Assembly (NCBI GenBank): GCA_037137395.1
Contig: JBAXKK010000009.1
Coordinates: forward strand, 1-46,755
Length of the DNA: 46,755 bases
Direction of reading: 5' to 3'
From: Elusimicrobiota bacterium
GTDB lineage: Bacteria; Elusimicrobiota; Elusimicrobia; Elusimicrobiales; UBA9959
Within the stretch, counting starts at the first letter, position 1, and each line of letters opens with the position of its first letter. Below the pieces are notes generated by a model. It saw only the letters and a list, made by a program, of their open reading frames with translations, was not told the origin of the DNA and searched no databases. Position numbers and translations under genes: made by a program. Below are positions 45,290-46,755 of the stretch, in pieces.

Positions 45290-46588
45290 ATGAACTCCTT
45301 AAGGCAATACTTACTGCGGTTCAGGGATTTTCAGAAGAACGCCAGACTTTTTATTTACATCACATTTATCCTGGCCGTTTCGCAGAGCGTTTTCGGGTTG
45401 GTATATAATCTTTACATACTTAAACTCGGCTACACGAGGGAGTTCCTGGGCACGCTGGAATCCATCCCCGTGTTCGTGACCGCGTTCCTGGCCGTGCCGC
45501 TGGCGCTGCTTTGCGTCAATCTGCCGCTCAAAAAAAACCTGATAATCGCGCTTGGCATTGCCGCGTTTTCCGCTTTGGGCCTGGCTATCTTCCCCTCCAA
45601 AGCCATGCTGATATCGTTCAGGTTCCTCTCCGGTTTCGCCGGGGCTTTTATGGCCATAACAGCGTGGCCTTTGATGGCCAGGTATTCCACTGAAAAAGAC
45701 CGAAACCTGGTTTTTAGCTTCCAGTTTGCCTTTTCAATGCTTGCGGGGTTCCTCGGCAACCTGATAGGCGGCGCGCTGACCGACTGGGCCGCCGTAATGC
45801 TCTCAGGCGGAGCTGAAAGCGCGGCGGCTTACCGCGTGACGATGTTGACCGGCGTGGCTGTGATGGCAGCGGCCATACTGCCGGTGTTTTATATTGAAGA
45901 ACCGCTGCAAAAGGAGCGCGTTCCTATCAGGCTGGATCTTGGCGGCGTAAAACCTCTGGAAGCGTTCATGGTGTTCCTGCCCCAGATAATGATAGGCTTC
46001 GGCGCCGGCATGGTAATGCCATATGTGAACATTTTTTTCAAGACGGGATTCAATCTGCAGATCTCGAGCCTGGGATTTTATATGTCGCTCATGCCGCTTT
46101 CGATGGCTGCGGGAGGGTTTATCGGGCCGTGGCTGGTAAAGAAAAAAGGACAGGTGGGCGCGATGATAACGCTCCAGGCGCTCTCCATCCCCTTTCTGGC
46201 CACCATGGGCTTCTCCGGGCTGATCCTGCCGACGGTCGCGGCGGCTTTTATCCGCACCATGCTGATGAACGCCAGCTCGCCTATCTACAGCGTGTTTATG
46301 CTCTCGCGCTTTAAAAAGGAGGCGCATCCCCTGGCCAGCGCCATGTATACCGCGTGCTGGAGCCTGCTGTGGGCCTTAGGCGCCAAGCTTAGCGGCACCC
46401 TGCAGATGGACTTCGGTTTCACCATGTCGTTTCTTATCACGATTATCTGTTACTGCGCGGCCACACTCGTTCTATCGCGCTGCTTTCTCCGGGAAAACGG
46501 AAAAAGGACGCCCCCGGCCGGGAGGGGAGGCTTTTCGCCGGCGGCGGGCGCGACGGATTATTTGGCGGGAAAAGAAGAGATGGAGTAG
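45290..46588 (+). CDS. MFS transporter
   Basis: About 12 TM segments arranged in two MFS-like halves. Confidence 0.85.
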   Translation: MNSLRQYLLRFRDFQKNARLFIYITFILAVSQSVFGLVYNLYILKLGYTREFLGTLESIPVFVTAFLAVPLALLCVNLPLKKNLIIALGIAAFSALGLAIFPSKAMLISFRFLSGFAGAFMAITAWPLMARYSTEKDRNLVFSFQFAFSMLAGFLGNLIGGALTDWAAVMLSGGAESAAAYRVTMLTGVAVMAAAILPVFYIEEPLQKERVPIRLDLGGVKPLEAFMVFLPQIMIGFGAGMVMPYVNIFFKTGFNLQISSLGFYMSLMPLSMAAGGFIGPWLVKKKGQVGAMITLQALSIPFLATMGFSGLILPTVAAAFIRTMLMNASSPIYSVFMLSRFKKEAHPLASAMYTACWSLLWALGAKLSGTLQMDFGFTMSFLITIICYCAATLVLSRCFLRENGKRTPPAGRGGFSPAAGATDYLAGKEEME

Positions 46589-46602
46589 AGCTGTTCAGCC
46601 TG

Positions 46603-46755
46603 AAAACTTCAGTTGAAGTTTTACGCCCGCATAGCGGGCGCCCATTCGGGAGGCATAGTCACGCATAAACCGCATAGCGGTTTTGCGCGACCCCGCCTCA
46701 GTGTTTTCGCTGCGCAGGAAAACACCTGCGGCCTTGCGGCCCGGACGCGAGGCAT
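46603..46755. other. Multi-hairpin structured element (REP/MITE-like or ncRNA), truncated by the window end
   Basis: AAAACTTC-AGTT-GAAGTTTT; CGCCCGC-ATA-GCGGGCG; AAACCGC-ATA-GCGGTTT nested in GAGGC...GCCTC; GTGTTTTC...GAAAACAC. Confidence 0.55.

Overview
A 46.8 kb, moderately GC-rich, gene-dense chromosomal segment from a diderm bacterium (TolC, KdsC, beta-barrel proteins). Gene content suggests an anaerobe or facultative organism; an Elusimicrobiota-like origin is my inference and was not tested. Housekeeping genes: dusB-mutS-(TPR)-mutL, pyrC-pyrD-pyrF-pyrE, kdsC, ccdA, an orphan rsmH, a TolC/MacA/MacB pump, and a LolCDE-like ABC cassette with a LolA-like protein and an outer-membrane protein. 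Accessory genes: an RsbW-GNAT fusion beside an amidohydrolase; a Rieske/glutaredoxin/ferredoxin:thioredoxin-reductase-catalytic-subunit operon; a signal-peptide-bearing R-S-E ADP-ribosyltransferase; a second Rieske protein; a Cys-rich repeat protein; a fused multi-Fe-S proline/sarcosine dehydrogenase-like pair; and several secreted hydrolases. I saw no rRNA, tRNA, CRISPR-cas, integrase or transposase. The intergenic DNA is highly structured: inverted heptamer arrays, a perfect 45-bp direct repeat around a hairpin-rich insert, perfect palindromes that share a TTGCCTGCAA core and start at stop codons, a multi-hairpin element at the right end, twin GTTAAC-N4-GTTAAC boxes before an HTH gene, and a bipartite AAAGGCCTA motif with the same 28-nt spacing upstream of two unrelated secreted-protein genes. 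All assignments come from reading motifs; no searches were run.
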